From the NCBI GenBank assembly GCA_035549575.1, contig DASZQP010000073.1, positions 26,644-90,643 on the forward strand: a DNA stretch of 64,000 nucleotides. Reading direction: 5' to 3'. The translations under genes were made by a program, and so were the position numbers. A model generated the notes under the pieces. The model searched no databases. It had not been told where the DNA came from and saw nothing but the letters and a program-made list of their open reading frames with translations. Origin of the DNA: Rhizomicrobium sp. (GTDB taxonomy: Bacteria; Pseudomonadota; Alphaproteobacteria; Micropepsales; Micropepsaceae). This document shows positions 63,883 to 64,000 of this stretch, piece after piece (the first letter of the stretch is position 1; each line of letters starts with the position of its first letter).

Positions 63883-63904
63883 AAAACCGCGGAAGTTCCC
63901 GCGG
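63883..63904 (-). terminator. rho-independent-type terminator of the gene upstream of ndvB
   Basis: On the minus strand, CCGCGG-GAACTT-CCGCGG is followed by TTTTCAGACGTTTTT. It lies about 40 nt downstream of an ORF end at 63943-63945 (...EFHLGTDPSAGAFHQGEGL*) that runs out of the window. Confidence 0.5.
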
Positions 63905-64000
63905 CGCCTTGGCGGTGCGCGCTATCGGCGCACCAAGCCGGATCAGTCCTTCGCCCTGGTGAAACGCACCGGCAGATGGGTCGGTCCCGAGATGAAATTC

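Noticed and set aside
63943-64000. Minus-strand ORF end (...EFHLGTDPSAGAFHQGEGL*) running out of the window
   Set aside because: Only 19 codons are visible, so neither coding status nor family can be supported. It is mentioned only as context for the terminator at 63883-63904.
1-64000. Whole-window scan for CRISPR repeats, IS/transposase/integrase genes, tRNA/rRNA genes, prophage or defence-system genes
   Set aside because: I saw no direct-repeat/spacer arrays, no DDE, tyrosine or serine recombinase-like ORFs, and no cloverleaf-like intergenic sequences. The only repeats are gene duplications (the secreted-protein pair and the sulfotransferase triplet) and short coding triplet or 12-nt repeats. 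A tRNAscan/Infernal run would be needed to exclude small RNAs formally.

Overview
High-GC (about 65%) chromosomal segment with alphaproteobacterial (Rhizobiales-like) gene content. It is densely coding, with about 50 genes, many joined by 1-4 nt ATGA/GTGA start-stop overlaps. By eye I found no rRNA, tRNA, CRISPR array, transposase or integrase. Left third, mostly housekeeping: a radical-SAM/SPASM maturase with a coupled small ORF at the window edge, a PQQ-like beta-propeller, nadE-gltX-cysS, rarD, a LOG-family gene, an Atm1-type ABC exporter, a padR-MFP-RND efflux operon, a two-domain cold-shock protein, a class IV aminotransferase with a coupled P-loop partner, a GH84-glk-GH3 sugar cluster and an exported M1 aminopeptidase. 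Centre, the most interesting part (29.6-48.2 kb): a minus-strand operon of two tandem paralogous secreted, Cys-paired, Tyr-rich small proteins, then three tandem paralogous cytoplasmic TPR + TPST-like sulfotransferases, then an IalB-like exported protein. It is transcribed divergently from a complete but non-canonically ordered type II secretion system (gspE-F-G-H-I-J-L-M-C'-D-K, with a short prepilin peptidase convergent). I propose this as a candidate uncharacterised protein-sulfation/secretion module; the proposal is inference only. Right third: a multicopper oxidase, a pentapeptide-repeat protein, a TIGR03118-like propeller, and a translationally coupled oxidoreductase/hydrolase/GNAT trio directly downstream of the 2901-aa cyclic beta-1,2-glucan synthase gene (ndvB/chvB/cgs type). 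Many very long ORFs in the track are antisense high-GC artefacts and were rejected. All family assignments come from motif recognition by eye, not from searches.
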